NCBI GenBank assembly: GCA_000708835.1
Contig: DF236952.1
Span: 310,001-374,000 of the forward strand
Reading direction: 5' to 3'
Length of the DNA stretch: 64,000 nt
DNA from: Klebsormidium nitens
Taxonomy: Eukaryota > Plantae > Klebsormidiophyceae
The notes under the pieces were generated by a model. The model saw only the letters and a program-made list of their open reading frames with translations, had not been told where the DNA came from and searched no databases. Positions 26,039-38,370 of the stretch are shown here, one piece after another. Position numbers and translations under genes: made by a program. Position 1 is the first letter of the stretch. Each line of letters opens with the position of its first letter.

Positions 26039-27488
26039 TCGAAACACAGTTTTGTACTGCCATTCCGATCAATCCTTAGGCTTAGGCAAGATGCGCTGCC
26101 AAGTCTATCCATAACCCTGTGAGTAACAAGTGACTAAAATTAGCAAACAATCATAATTTTAAGATATCAGCATCTCGATCAGGACGTTTGCAATCTTTCT
26201 CCGAAGTCACACTAGGCTCAAATTGATGCTGGGCATTAGTTTGACGTAGGATCTTCGTCGTTGACGTGGGGTCCTGAAGCTTGTTGTAGTTACCGTTGCC
26301 CAACTATTTTGTCTTAGCAGTGTATTGAGCAAGAGGGAAGCTTTTCAGCGTTTCACATTTCAGCGCAGTGAAGGACCTGCATGAAGGACCCGTCTCAACT
26401 TCGTGACCCTCATGCAATATACTTGAAAGCTACGATTCCGATGATATGATTGAAAGCATGATCGAGGAAACGAATTCAAACGTGCATTCGACCGGCAATG
26501 GTGTTGCTCTACGTGCAACGACGTTGGAGCGGCAGCCACCGTCACGGTCTAAAGGAGCTAGAATGAATTATCGGGGTTCCCTAGCATCCGGACGATCAGG
26601 AATTTGGGCAAATCTGGTGATATAATCGTGTACCACGGTACGTAGAGCCGGGCCCTTGGTACCTCATAGAAAGGTCACTCTCTGTTTTAATTCGTCTTCG
26701 CCATCCCCGCATATCATGAATGTACATTCATATGATGGAGGACTTGCTGTTGCTGCACATGGTGCCCTGCCAATTTTTAGGGATAATCCTGACGATATCA
26801 CTCAAAAGATATGCCACCCTCATCGAATTGTTTGGGAGAACTTAAGTTCGTATAACGCTCCTTGCTGCTAGCTTACTTTTATATATCATGTGCCACGTAC
26901 TAGTACGTCCAACTTCAATGCTTCTGAGTGGTTGCTTGTATCATGCATATGCCGACACCATTGATATTCTGAACAATTGCCGATTGGAATGATTGCCATA
27001 TTTCAGCACTCCAGCATGCAGGCGCAGCGCTTGATCTCTGCTCAAAATCAAGTTGCCTTTGCATGAAGCTTCAGTACGCTGGTAGAGTTGATATTATTTT
27101 CTCTTCTCCGGGTTGCGGGCTCCGAGATTGTACTTTGCTTCCTCACAAACAAAGTAGACAGAATACCATGTTAATGGTGCGGAACCCACTGATGCTAAAG
27201 TTTATGCAATGTAAGTCTGCATCGAGTCCCTTCCTGGCGTGGCTCAAATTCTAACAGAAAACTTCTACTATTGACTCGGTGCTTCGCTCCCAAGCTTTGC
27301 AGATGAGGGGCTAAAAGACAGGAGCACTTTTTCTGGTTGTCAATCACGAAATGCCTTTCTACACCTTTAGTTTGTTCAACAAGCATCTTTCGTCCCTGCC
27401 AGCTATACATGCAAAAATTCTGTTGTGCTGTACCATCCCACAGGACATGGCATAGACGGAAGTTGATGAGTACTCGATTAACTATCAC

Positions 27489-30400
27489 TCATTCGATACT
27501 GGCATCCGGTGAGTGCTGACCAGCGCAGCAAACGTCAAAGTCACCGTCCCAGTCCATCAACATGGGAGTGCGGATGACCTGTACAAAAAGCAGGAGAAAG
27601 CGTGAATTCAGAAGAGTTGCATTTTGTTGTCCAACAGGAAGAGAACATAAGGGAAGGACTTGTTGAAAGAGGAAGACTCTAATAAGACCCGTGAATTCTT
27701 ACTCAACACGTCGGCTTTTCTACTCTATTCACTCAAGTTCTTGTCTACATGTGAAACATAGATACTGTAGCCTACGTGGTAGGATGTGCCAAGTGCTTGT
27801 GCTTAGCAGTCACGATTACTAGGTTAGCAGCCCCTCCCAATTATAAACAAGAAGCACAGGATGGGCGGAGTGTACTCGCCCTGTACTCCTTAGGTGTGTC
27901 GAGATAGCTTTGTACGATTCCCGGGATTCTCCTTGCCCACATGCACATCCTTCTTTCAAACTCAGCCTTGTTCTGCAAGAACCACAGCGCTAAGGTGAGC
28001 GGGCTAGAGGAGCGCCTTGGCCGCAGCCAGTCAGTCCTTGGAGTATGCGGATGCGTTAAAAGGTCACTAAACCCTAGGAACATACCACTTCACCAAGTTA
28101 GGACGCGCTTCATGAACAGAGAGGCGGTGTCTGGCAATCGACTGTGTACTGAGGGTGAGGACTTGAGGACTTCTCTTCATCGGTCGAACAACACGGGTGA
28201 TGGTCGACGATGGTCCTTTCTTGAGTAGTTCCCAGGGGTGCTTACCGTAACATCCCAGTTCTCTTTCATGTAATCAGGCCTATCCTCCAAGAACCGTTCG
28301 TAACCCTTCCTAAAGTCCTTCGTCTCGATGATGATTCTCAGATCCGGAGAAGCCCTCTTCACTTCCTTCTCAATGTGTGAGAGCGCCTCGAGCGCCTCCC
28401 TGATTGCGTCATCCAGAGTCATATCCCGCAACAGGTAGCCGAACTCGCGGTACGCCTCCTCTTCGTGACCTTCGTAGTACCATTCTGGAAGGACGACCTT
28501 GCGGTCCTCGAACATCTGCACGACACTGCTTCGTCAGGCTCACAGCCCAGAACCAGCGGCGTGCGACGGACGTGCTGTCAAAAGTTATACAGTCTGCCGT
28601 TATCGTCGTAAGAGCCATTACGGATTCCAAAGTTGAGACGTTTCAAGTAAGATGGTTGTATAGCAGCCTGGAGGATAGAATCTCGAGTACAGAAATTTAC
28701 GATACAACGGCGTCTACTTCTCCTCTTCACCTTCTCACGAGCTTCTGCTTCAAAAAGCTATGGTTGAACCGAACCTGGTCTACGAAAGTGAAAGCGAGAA
28801 AGTGAGAAAGCGAGAAAGTGAAACTAGTGCACGAGGCGCCTAGATCTGACAGGCGTCTTGCAACAGCGACGTGCATGGAGGCCGTCCTGAAAGCAGAAGC
28901 AAGGGAGTCTTGCAAGACGCATGATATGGAGTTGGGACAGCAGAAGTCGGTTTCTCACCTTCCACAGATTGGGAGGAGCCTTTCTTTCGCGAATCCTCTG
29001 AAAGACAGACTCCGGTGGTAACATACTCGAGCAGCCGCCGCCTCCGTTGTCCGGGTGCTCCCCTGCCTGCCAAACGAAAGTGCCACAAACTTGAGTGTAT
29101 CAAAGTCTTCAGCGTGAGAAGAATACAGTTAGTCTCGCTTACAGACTTTACGTCATTCAAAGTAGCCCCGTTGCTGACTCTCTTGTGAGGCGCCTCTTTC
29201 TAGATCTTGTGCTTAGAAAAGCGCTCCTGAGCATGGCTGTGTTCCTGATTGATGATCTCGCTTGTTGACTTAATTGACAGGAAAAGGAAAGAACTGCTTG
29301 AGCCCAACGTTTTGCGAACGGCTTCCAGTTTCCTACCGTTAGTGTCGCCACCCGTCACATCCAACGGCGTTTTAAAACTAAAAACCTCTCAAAACTCCAC
29401 CGGGTTGGAAATCGAGATCATGATCCGAAGCATGCCAGTCACAACACTCGATAATCAAAGTCTATTGTTGGCCGCTTACAATGGAAAAGGTACATCTTCG
29501 ACCAGGCTTTCCTGTCGTTCAGTTTTGCCAGCCGGCTGCGTTACTGAGCCTCTCACCTGCTCTGTCTTGAGTTGCTTTTCGGCCTCTGCCGGCCCGCGCA
29601 ACTCCGCCCCTTCGGCGTGCACTGCCTCTGTATCGCCCCTTTTGATCTCCACAGCGCTGAGTCGGACCCTGCAGGCTCTGGCTTCCCGAACCCTTGCTGC
29701 AGCTCGGGCGCCTCCGCAGCTTTCCGCTCCCGGGCCGCTTCGCCCTGCGAGACGAAAGAGAAGACTTCTGACAGTACCAAGAGAACTGGAATATTGCGCA
29801 GACGCTAACAAAGTTGAGGTCAAAGAAACCATCCCCAATGGAGCTCCAAATGGGGATCAGAATAAGATAGATTCGACCCAGATTCGGCGTGAGTTTCCAA
29901 GAGGTGTACGTGTCCTCACCGACTCCATCAATAGCCGCAGCTCAGCTTTCGCCTCTTCCTCTGCGCGCGTGTTTTCCTCCACGAGCCACTGAGCCTCTTT
30001 CAGCCTCGAATCCAGGCCTGCGCGAGCGGCCTCTGCCGCTGCCAACCGCTCCTTGAGCTGCGCCTCCTTATGCGCAAAGCTCGCGTCCGCCTCCGCACGC
30101 CTGAAGGCAGACAAATGTGGACGCAATCAGATGTCCACATCTGACCGGAAGACATGTGAGAAACACTACTTCCAAGACTCACTTTTGGGCCTTTCCACGC
30201 ACCTTTTTATTGGTTTGCCTGTAAGAGGGGCACAATCCTGCAGCCTCCTCACTTGAAAGTTAGATCTAGTCCAGAGCCTTAAAGAGTTGCTGCAGAACCG
30301 GGCCGATGCACTCCTCAATCGAAGCAAAACCTCCGCCGTACAGTCTGCAAAAGCAAAGCCCCCGAGAGTCCTTACTTGGCCGTTGCGGCTTCGAGTTGTG

Positions 30401-31830
30401 CCTCAACCACGTGGCGCTTCTCCATCTCCTCGGCCAGGGCCGTCTCAGCCAGCTCCGCCGCGCGCTGAGCCGCGCGCGCGCTTGCCTCCTCGTGGAGGCG
30501 CGCGAGTGACGCCGGGCTTTGCAAGCTCGACTCTGCCTGCGCGTCCTGGGCCGCCTCTGCTGGTCTTGTCTGCGCTTTGGGCTGGAGGGGACGGGCTTCG
30601 GGCTGCAAGGAATAGCCGTTGAGCTCCCAATAAGGAAGCTTTCTTACTTTCAGTTTATGTGGGAAAAGGCTCCAAAACAAACCATCTTGAGCTGAACAAA
30701 ACGAGAAGGCCAAGGTTTTGGCTCAAGAAACGTGGTGGTGTTGGCTACCTCAACAAGGCAAGCGACAACCGTTGTAAAGGTTATCCAAAGGAATCCGTCT
30801 CTACTCAGAAGCAGCTGACGCAAAATTCTTTTCATAGAAAGATCGGAGGCTGCCCCCCCTTCCCCGGCCAAAAGCTATAGTCGAATGAATCGGAGTCAAC
30901 CGCCACAGGCACAATGATCACCCTCCAGTTTCCTGCCAAATTGTGTTACTGTATATATCCCGTATATACCATCCATTCCAAAACCTCACCTTCATCTTTT
31001 GAATATCCATCTCCTGTTTGGCCCGCTTCGATCTTGGCTGATCATAGTCGTGCCCCTTTTTTGACAGGTCCTCCTGCAGAGTCTGACAAAGAGATTGTAT
31101 CTTTTGATTGACAACAAGCAGCAGAACTACACGACCACAACCTAACCTGGTTGACTCTGCTAACTTGATCTTTAAACAATCATCGCTCCTTCTTGACGGA
31201 AAGGAAGGCACATGCCGGGATACCTCGACCGGCGATGTTGACAACAAATTGAGGAACCTCATTTGATTCTTTTACAGGTTTAAAAGAGCCAGAGTAAGAA
31301 ATAGGACCACTATATACTGCATATGCCTGGTCGATAGATTCAAATGAGGGGTAACCTCTCATGCGTCTGAACACGGTGCAGCTGCTTCTAGTAGGGCTTG
31401 AGTAGTTTAGATCAGTCAGAGTTCTTTCCAGAATGCAAGTTATCCAACGTACCGGCGCTCAGAACTCTGTTAAAAGATATGACCTTAATGTGGAACCTTC
31501 ACAGGAAAGTACTGCTGCCGACTGCTCAGCGGACAACTTGGGAAGCTAGACGAGGGTAAAGGTTTTTGTGAAACGTTCAACGAACAGGCGGCATATACAC
31601 AGACTCACAAATCAATCTGACAAGCTTTCTTGGGTGACATACGGAAACCAGATGAACCTTACCTGACCCTCTGGAGGGTCATTCGTCTGAGGTATCGATG
31701 GAGTGTCCACCTGGAAGGAGCTTCCAGAATCGTTGACGTGGACTGCGTGGATGACCTCCTCTACGCATCTCGTCCTGTTGTGCCCCTTCTTTCCACAATT
31801 GCTGCATGTCACTCGTTTCTTCTTCGTCAT
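27489..31830 (-). CDS. CCHC zinc-knuckle / coiled-coil protein with an unknown C-terminal domain; one apparent frame break
   Basis: Exon 31663-31830 encodes MTKKKRVTCSNCGKKGHNRTRC (C-X2-C-X4-H-X4-C). Exons 30990-31073, 30376-30602, ~29920-30104 (coiled coil), 29557-29744, ~28965-29070, ~28250-28520 (MFEDRKVVLPEWYYEG...), 27880-27972 and ~27489-27578 join in phase except the 188-nt exon 29557-29744. Could be a pseudogene, two genes or an assembly error. Confidence 0.55.
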
Positions 31831-34054
31831 GGCGGCCTTCTTCTCTTTTGTACCCTGGTTTCCTTCAATTTAAGATGGTCACCATTCCGCAACAAATCGG
31901 ACTTTTCAGGGAGGTGTTCGAGTATGCACGTGCTCAAGATGCTCAAGATGCAAACTGAGAAACTGACCCAGGACCACGCCCCGACCAGGCCAGGGCTCTT
32001 CTTGAGAAGACTCAAGACCGCTCAGGACTGTTCAATTGCTTGCTGATACCGTATTGCCATTGCCATCGTACGTCACAAGTCAGCAATCAAGCAATACAAA
32101 GAAGACGAACTCAGTTAGTTTCGAGACGTCGATCACACATCGGCGGCGGCCCGCCACGGCCGCCGCACTGAGATGATGCGAGGACGCGGCCGCGTTTGTT
32201 GGTCGGGCACGTGCGGCGAGGTTTGGCGTTTGACAATGGTTGGTCGGAACGTGCATGGAAGATCGGGTTTTGATCCTCCCGAGTCCCAAGCTTTCGCCTC
32301 CGACCGGCCGTCATGGCTCAGTGGGGACCGGATCCACCCGGTTGAAAAAGTTATAGCCAGCCTTCAGGAAACCCGACACCCCGTCACTTTTCATGCAGAC
32401 TTTGAACCAGGCAGCGGGCACATGTCACCGGGCTCTGATGTTGCGCCAGCTGCCCGGTTCCAAGGGCAGTAGAATTGGTAGGTACTAGTAACTACCGGTA
32501 GTACTACCTAGACTAGGCACCTAGCGTTGCATGAGGCTTGACTTTTGAATTTTGAGTCAAACCTGGAAACAACCAAGTACCCCCTATTTAATCCGACGGG
32601 CTCGCGCACATCTACAGACAAAGTGATTTGTTCACGGGGGCATCAAAGCTAGGGCATCCAATGCCCTGGAAGGCAGGATCCTGACGTGCAGAAAGAGGGT
32701 GAAGCGTCAACTTCTTTCGGGGGGTAAGCACCTGTAAGCACCTGAGGAATCTTGGGGGACCACCCTGGCAGCGATGTCAGCAAATGCTGCATCATGCTCA
32801 TCTGTGCTGGAATCATGTGGAATGCCAATATTAATAACTAGGTATATAGCTGTGCAGGGCGCAAAGCCGCAGAACTTCTGACAGTGAAAGCCTCTGCTGT
32901 TTGAAGTGCTTGAGCGCCTGTTCCGTTATGTTCGCAGCTTGGTCTCCAGTGCATCCTTCTAACGAACCTCTCAACTAAAGGGCGCTGCTAAATGTTGAAG
33001 CTGTAGCACGCAATCTCGCATGCAGCAGGTCAACATCGCATTGCCATTCAGCCAGTGATTGCTGAGCCAGCTCAACGCCCCAAGAGGATAGTGGTGAATA
33101 CTGCCCGAAAACCTTGCCGACGTGCACTTGAGCAATTGAGCTGCAGCATTTTGTCCACTGGTGCAAGGTGAGCTTCACTGCATGCTGTGTCCCTTCATGA
33201 GGATATCTAGTCACGGTGGCTGTTGTACATAATTCTGATGCATCCTACAGCTCTCTTGCTCGAAATGGCCATTGCTCAGGAGTCCAAAGCTTACAAATGA
33301 ATCTGTGTTACACTTAAATTCTCATTGCTAGCCAGCGAGACATGATGCATTTGCAAGCTCTTTCAGCAGTGATAGAGAGTCTCCAAACAGTTGAATTTCT
33401 TCAGATACTGCTCCCAGAGCTCACTCGCTAGTTCATCACTGGTTCAGGCAACAAGGAGGTCAACTTGACAGACCGCTTCTGCTCTAGGCATTATGGCCGT
33501 TAGGATCTTCAACCATGACGCATCATTCACCCTAAAAATCCAAGAGTACACACTGAGACCGGTGCATTTGTGCACCATACTGTAACTTCCCTTGGATGCC
33601 GCTTTTAGTCTAACAATCTTTCTGGATGAGCTTTCTCTGGTAATGCTTTGCACATGCATTGTGCGTAAGTCCCCACCTGGCGATTGCTGAAGTCTGTCAA
33701 GCTATCCAACACCCTTAAGGCTTGCCCACAGAACCTGATTCTCCCTTGGATAGGTGAAATGCAGTCAGCAATGTTGAAGCAGTTGATAAGTGCCACGGGA
33801 ATCCAGCAGCAATCAGTTTTTAATCTGCTGTATACCTTTGTTCTTGCTAAAACAATGCTTTGAAAGGACCTTGCAGGCAACCCACGAAATGTCACACAAC
33901 AACCTCCTAGACTGTTCCCTTGTACAGCCCTATCTGCCCAATGAGAGCGCCGTTACGTTTAGACACATGATGATGAAACTCAATCATGCATTTGCTTGCA
34001 TCTATTGCCACCCCATACAACTCTGGTTCTACTTGTGCAGGCAACTCTCCCAAA

Positions 34055-37000
34055 ATGAGGGTCCTTTTTGTTCTGACGATCCTCATTGCATTTGCAAGTG
34101 CTTCTCAAGCAGGTAAGGTTCAGCAAAGGCTGCTCTCCTTGTACTCTGTGCTGATGACTTGATTGTTACCCTGCAATCCACATCATGCCATACTCAACTG
34201 GCAGAAACCGAGTGACTTCAATGAAGGAGACGATCATAGATACAGTCGTCTCAAACACTGAAGAGTCAGAAGCATCTGACTCCTCCTCTAAAAGTGACGC
34301 CTCAGGTCTAGAAAGTGCACATTCTAACAGAAAGTTTGAGGCTCTCCAGATGGTTTGTGCTCGATTTCTTGTCGCACGACCATCATGGAAAGCTCCGGTG
34401 TGTCCAACTTGAGTGCTGATTGTGTTGTCTTTCTTGTCTTTCTTTCTTGAGTAGCTGAATTCCTTTGAACCAGCGTCTGGAACATCCTTGAGTTACTAAG
34501 TCCTTAGAAGAAACCTCCTAGCCGTGCCTCAGCAGAAAAGACGTGAACGGAATCTGCGATTCTTGGTCATTGGGACTTTTCCAATCTGTAAACAAGCACA
34601 GAGGACAATGGCTGGAAAGACAGCAAGCCGCAACACTGGCACCTCACCCCCACCTCTTCTCTTGCCAGCTTGCCCCACCGGCCTCACCACGGCCAACGCG
34701 ACCATCACGACAAATGACGTTATCCTGATCACGTCACCCCTCCAGAGCTACAACGACTCCCTGGCCGCCTGCGAGTGTTTTGGAGATGGCTGGAAGCTCG
34801 GCAACTCCACCGCCATCTTCGACCGCCACGCTTCGAGGTCCAACCAATCAGCGGCGGCAAACGCGGCCCTCAAAGCGCTTATGCTCACCAGTCTGAGCGC
34901 CCCGGTGAAGGCGTGGTTCGGTTACCAGTTTGTTGACTACAGCCTGAACACGTGTCCGTCGTTCGAGGTGGATCCGAGCTTTACGGCTACGGACCTATCT
35001 CCGTGCACGGATAAGTATGCGGCGGTCTGCGCCAGGAGCAAGCTGGGTGAGGCGCGTTTATTGACCACCTGCTTATATATGCTGGTGCCTGACTGGTGGA
35101 GCAAGGCTGTGCTGCTTCAATAGCGTCTTCAGTGGAGGAGTTGCCGTCCGTTTGGAGCGTTGCTTCTTCTGCAGAGGTTTGCAATGGATTGTGAAAAGCT
35201 GCCGCCAGCCTGACTCGATCCAGCAAAGCTTCGATACAAACCTGAATCAAATGCAGGTGCCAGCTTTTCAACTGTCGCAGTTCGACCTAATTGTTGGATG
35301 TCGTTCTTGCCCCTTTTTAATTAACAGTCTTCGCCACACTGCTCGTCTTCGTCTTTGAATGTTTTCCTGGTTATGCTGCATTTTTGCGATTCCGTTTCTG
35401 GTCTTCAATGGTTTTCCATTATCCAAAGCAAGTGTAAGGTCGGCTTGGCAATTGTCGACCCTAAAGTCGTTCCTGGACGTCTTCTGCCATACGCCTGTGC
35501 TTGCAATTTCCCCTCCTCTTTGTCCCTGTCAAGCTCGTTCCTTCCAAAGACAAGGTGGTTATAAAGCTGCCCAGAATTAGCATCACAGACGTATGCCAGA
35601 CTCCTGCCTAACTTCGTCTGTTCATCTGTACAGTCTACAACCCTGTTGGGAGTGCCTGTGACAACAACCTCCAGTTGTGCGCTCCCGGAGGGTACTGCGA
35701 CGCTACTGGAACATGCGCCGTCGGTGAGTTCATTGGCTCTCGGGGCAAACGTTTGGAACTCAGACTAAAACCGAGGGTCGTTGGATGCATTGTCGGAAGG
35801 ACGTTGCACTTTAAGGAAGTCGCCGACAGCTGCCAAGGTTGGGTTAGGGTTTCTGACATGAAGCGGAGGCGAATGTTGAAGAGGAGACTGTCGGCCTTCC
35901 TTTGAGAAATCCGAAGTAGATCTGACGGGATGTAGGGATGGGTCATCTGAAGCTCACATAGATGGACACCCGAGATTGTCCATTGCGGTGCTGATCAATT
36001 TTAGAAAACATCGCTCCATCAATTCTTTCCTGAACAAGTAGTCTAGCATCGACAAGCTTTGTGTTTGAGTTCAGATTTCATCCCTCCCGCCCAAAAAGAG
36101 AAAACCCAAAAGTGGGCCACAACTACTCTCCTCTATCCAATGCAGACACGGTCTGCTACCCGACCAACCCCTGCATGGCGGGGCTCGCCACCGGCTACTC
36201 CAGCAACAAGCTGGACACAATCTGCACCGTCACCCCGGGCGCGCCCGGTGGTTACAAGTGTGAATGCGGCCAGATCCAAGCCGTGACAACCGGGCCCGGC
36301 CCCCAGACGTGCGTGGAATGCCCGTCGGCGAATCCGTGCGCGCTGATCAGATGCCCGGCAGGATCCGGCTGCGCGTACACCTGTGGCGACCCCCGGGGAC
36401 TGCGCTGCGAGACCTCAGGTGAGGGTGACGTCACGCGCTTTAGTTCGTGCGTTGGATGGCGTCTCACTCCTCGCATCGTCCGTGAGAATGACGTCAGAGT
36501 TATCAGCCATTCGAATCGGGCAGATGTCACCCAAACATGGTTTTTTCTTTTCTTTTCGTGATTGCCTCTTGGCCTCATACTAGCGCTGACTTCATGTCAC
36601 CGTGCGCTTTATTGTCAAAATATTCATCCGTGATCTACTCGGCGAAGGAACCCATCTCAAACCCTCACAGATCTCCCTTCTCGCGATCGGAATGCAGTGA
36701 TTTGAGGACGTTGAAGATTGCTCCGATTCTAGGGAACAGCATGAAAAGACTCACGTGGGAACGGGAACTGAACATCGTCATGTTTGACGCATTACAGCTG
36801 GAGTCGTGGTTCCTAGTATCACCAGCGCCCCCACCACGCCAGCTCCCTCTACGGTCTCCACTAACACGAACGTCGCCGGCACGCCCGCACCTACCAGCGG
36901 CGGAAACGGTACGCACTTTCTCATTTCAACACTTCGCCCTCGTTCTCCTTTTTAATCTTTCCTTGCCGGCACCTTTTGATTGCGGGAGGAATGTGAGCGC

Positions 37001-37537
37001 TCCCGAGCATGTTGTCTCGGCCCCTCTCCAGTGATGCGTTTTAGGGTCAAACAAAACCATCTGCTTTGTTGGTTGAAGACCAGCTCGCTCAGGCGAGTGG
37101 CGGTGTATGTGTTGCTAGCTCCAATTGCTGTCAAGCTACTTTAGGGCTTTGACTCGGATTCTTTCCTCTTTCTCTTGACAAGCAAATCGTAGCTTTCAAC
37201 GATGATGGAAAATGCAAAATTAGTCAGTCCTGGTCATGTCTCGATTGGCTTATTTGAAAGCAGGACCTCGTTATGTCCAAGGAAGCAAAAGTGCCTCGTC
37301 GTCTCCCGCAAAGTGCAGAACCAATGTTTTGCGGTGCGGCGGCCGACTTTCTCGTACGTCCCCGAACAGCCAGGATCAAATTTCGTTGGCGTTCGCTGAA
37401 TGTTCTTTCTCCTGCAGCCTGCCAAGCCAACCCGTGCGGCGCCGGTGGCGTCTGTTCCCTTACGCCATCCGCCGGTTATTCCTACACGTGCGTCTGCTCC
37501 AACGGCTTCGTCTCCAACGGGGGCAAGTGCACCCCAC
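34055..37537 (+). CDS. Secreted mosaic protein: signal peptide, C-type-lectin-like domain, Cys-rich/EGF-like modules, Pro/Thr linker, EGF domain (3' end unresolved)
   Basis: Exons 34055-34112 (MRVLFVLTILIAFASASQA), 34669-35046 (SYNDSLAACECFGDGWKL...AWFGY...CTDKYAAVC), 35634-35723, 36146-36418, 36798-36908 (TSAPTTPAPST), 37418-37537 (CQANPCGAGGVCSLTPSAGYSYTCVCSNGFVSNGGKC). All introns are phase 1. The last exon may be ~37600 or ~38160. Confidence 0.8.
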
Positions 37538-38318
37538 GTAAGCATGCTGACGTCACCGTGTTGAACTCTGAATGAAATACTGGTGCATGGCAGATTTGCA
37601 GGCCAGGGCTTCGATTGTGTAACTTGTCAGGGTACATTTTAAGGATGGGTTTTGCGCGCTGCCCTAATTGTTGACGATAGTGCGGGTTCACAAAGCACAG
37701 ACTGCGAAGGAGGATCGCTCGGGGAACCCCAAACTTGGCCTTCGTAAATTTGTTGCTTCTCTTGGGCTGCCTTTCGTGGACTCGACAGTAAGCTTCGTGA
37801 GGCGGCATGCTCGAGCTTCGCGACTGACTTTGCCTGTTTCGGATCGCCTCGTTTGCAAGTTCCACGGAAGCTCTTCCCCTGCGCAGAGCGTTCGTAGAAT
37901 GCGTCGTCGGCACTTCATTGTCCAGCGAATAGAAACCTTTGAGATTTGAAAGCTGTCGCTTGTGAGAAGGTGGTCACAAAATCGTCGTGCCAATCTGGAA
38001 AACAAGGCACAGAATCGCACTCGCTAACTAAGCCACCGCACCACAAAAGTCCTTGATGACCCCAACATCAAGCGTCCGGGCCTGAATGCCGAAGCCACGT
38101 TTGAAGGCCGAGTCAGCGAGAACGCAGTCGCTGACGCTTTATCGCGGGCACTTTTGCAGGTCCGGTAGAACCGTATCAGAGCGGATTCTAGACAGGAGCC
38201 TGAGCGAGGATGCTGATTGATGACCCGCCGACCATTCGGCAGGTGCTAACAGTTCTGAGAACGATTAAGAAGGCACGCAATCTTATGCTAGTTTTGCTCG
38301 AATTCTTAATCGGCCCAC

Positions 38319-38370
38319 AGTCGCACTTCGTCTGAATATCGAAGTGCGACTTTGGCCCCGTCGCACTTCG
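38319..38370. repeat. Perfect 12-bp-stem hairpin plus a third direct copy of the arm
   Basis: AGTCGCACTTCG-tctgaatat-CGAAGTGCGACT (38319-38351), then GTCGCACTTCG again at 38360-38370. Confidence 0.9.

Noticed and set aside
30345-30375. Apparent 31-nt GT-AG intron
   Set aside because: Leads to a premature stop; the longer intron to the acceptor at ~30105 keeps the coiled-coil frame.
32313-32350. TGGCTCAGTGG Pol III A-box-like sequence (tRNA or SINE?)
   Set aside because: No proper B-box (GTTCGA) and no cloverleaf.
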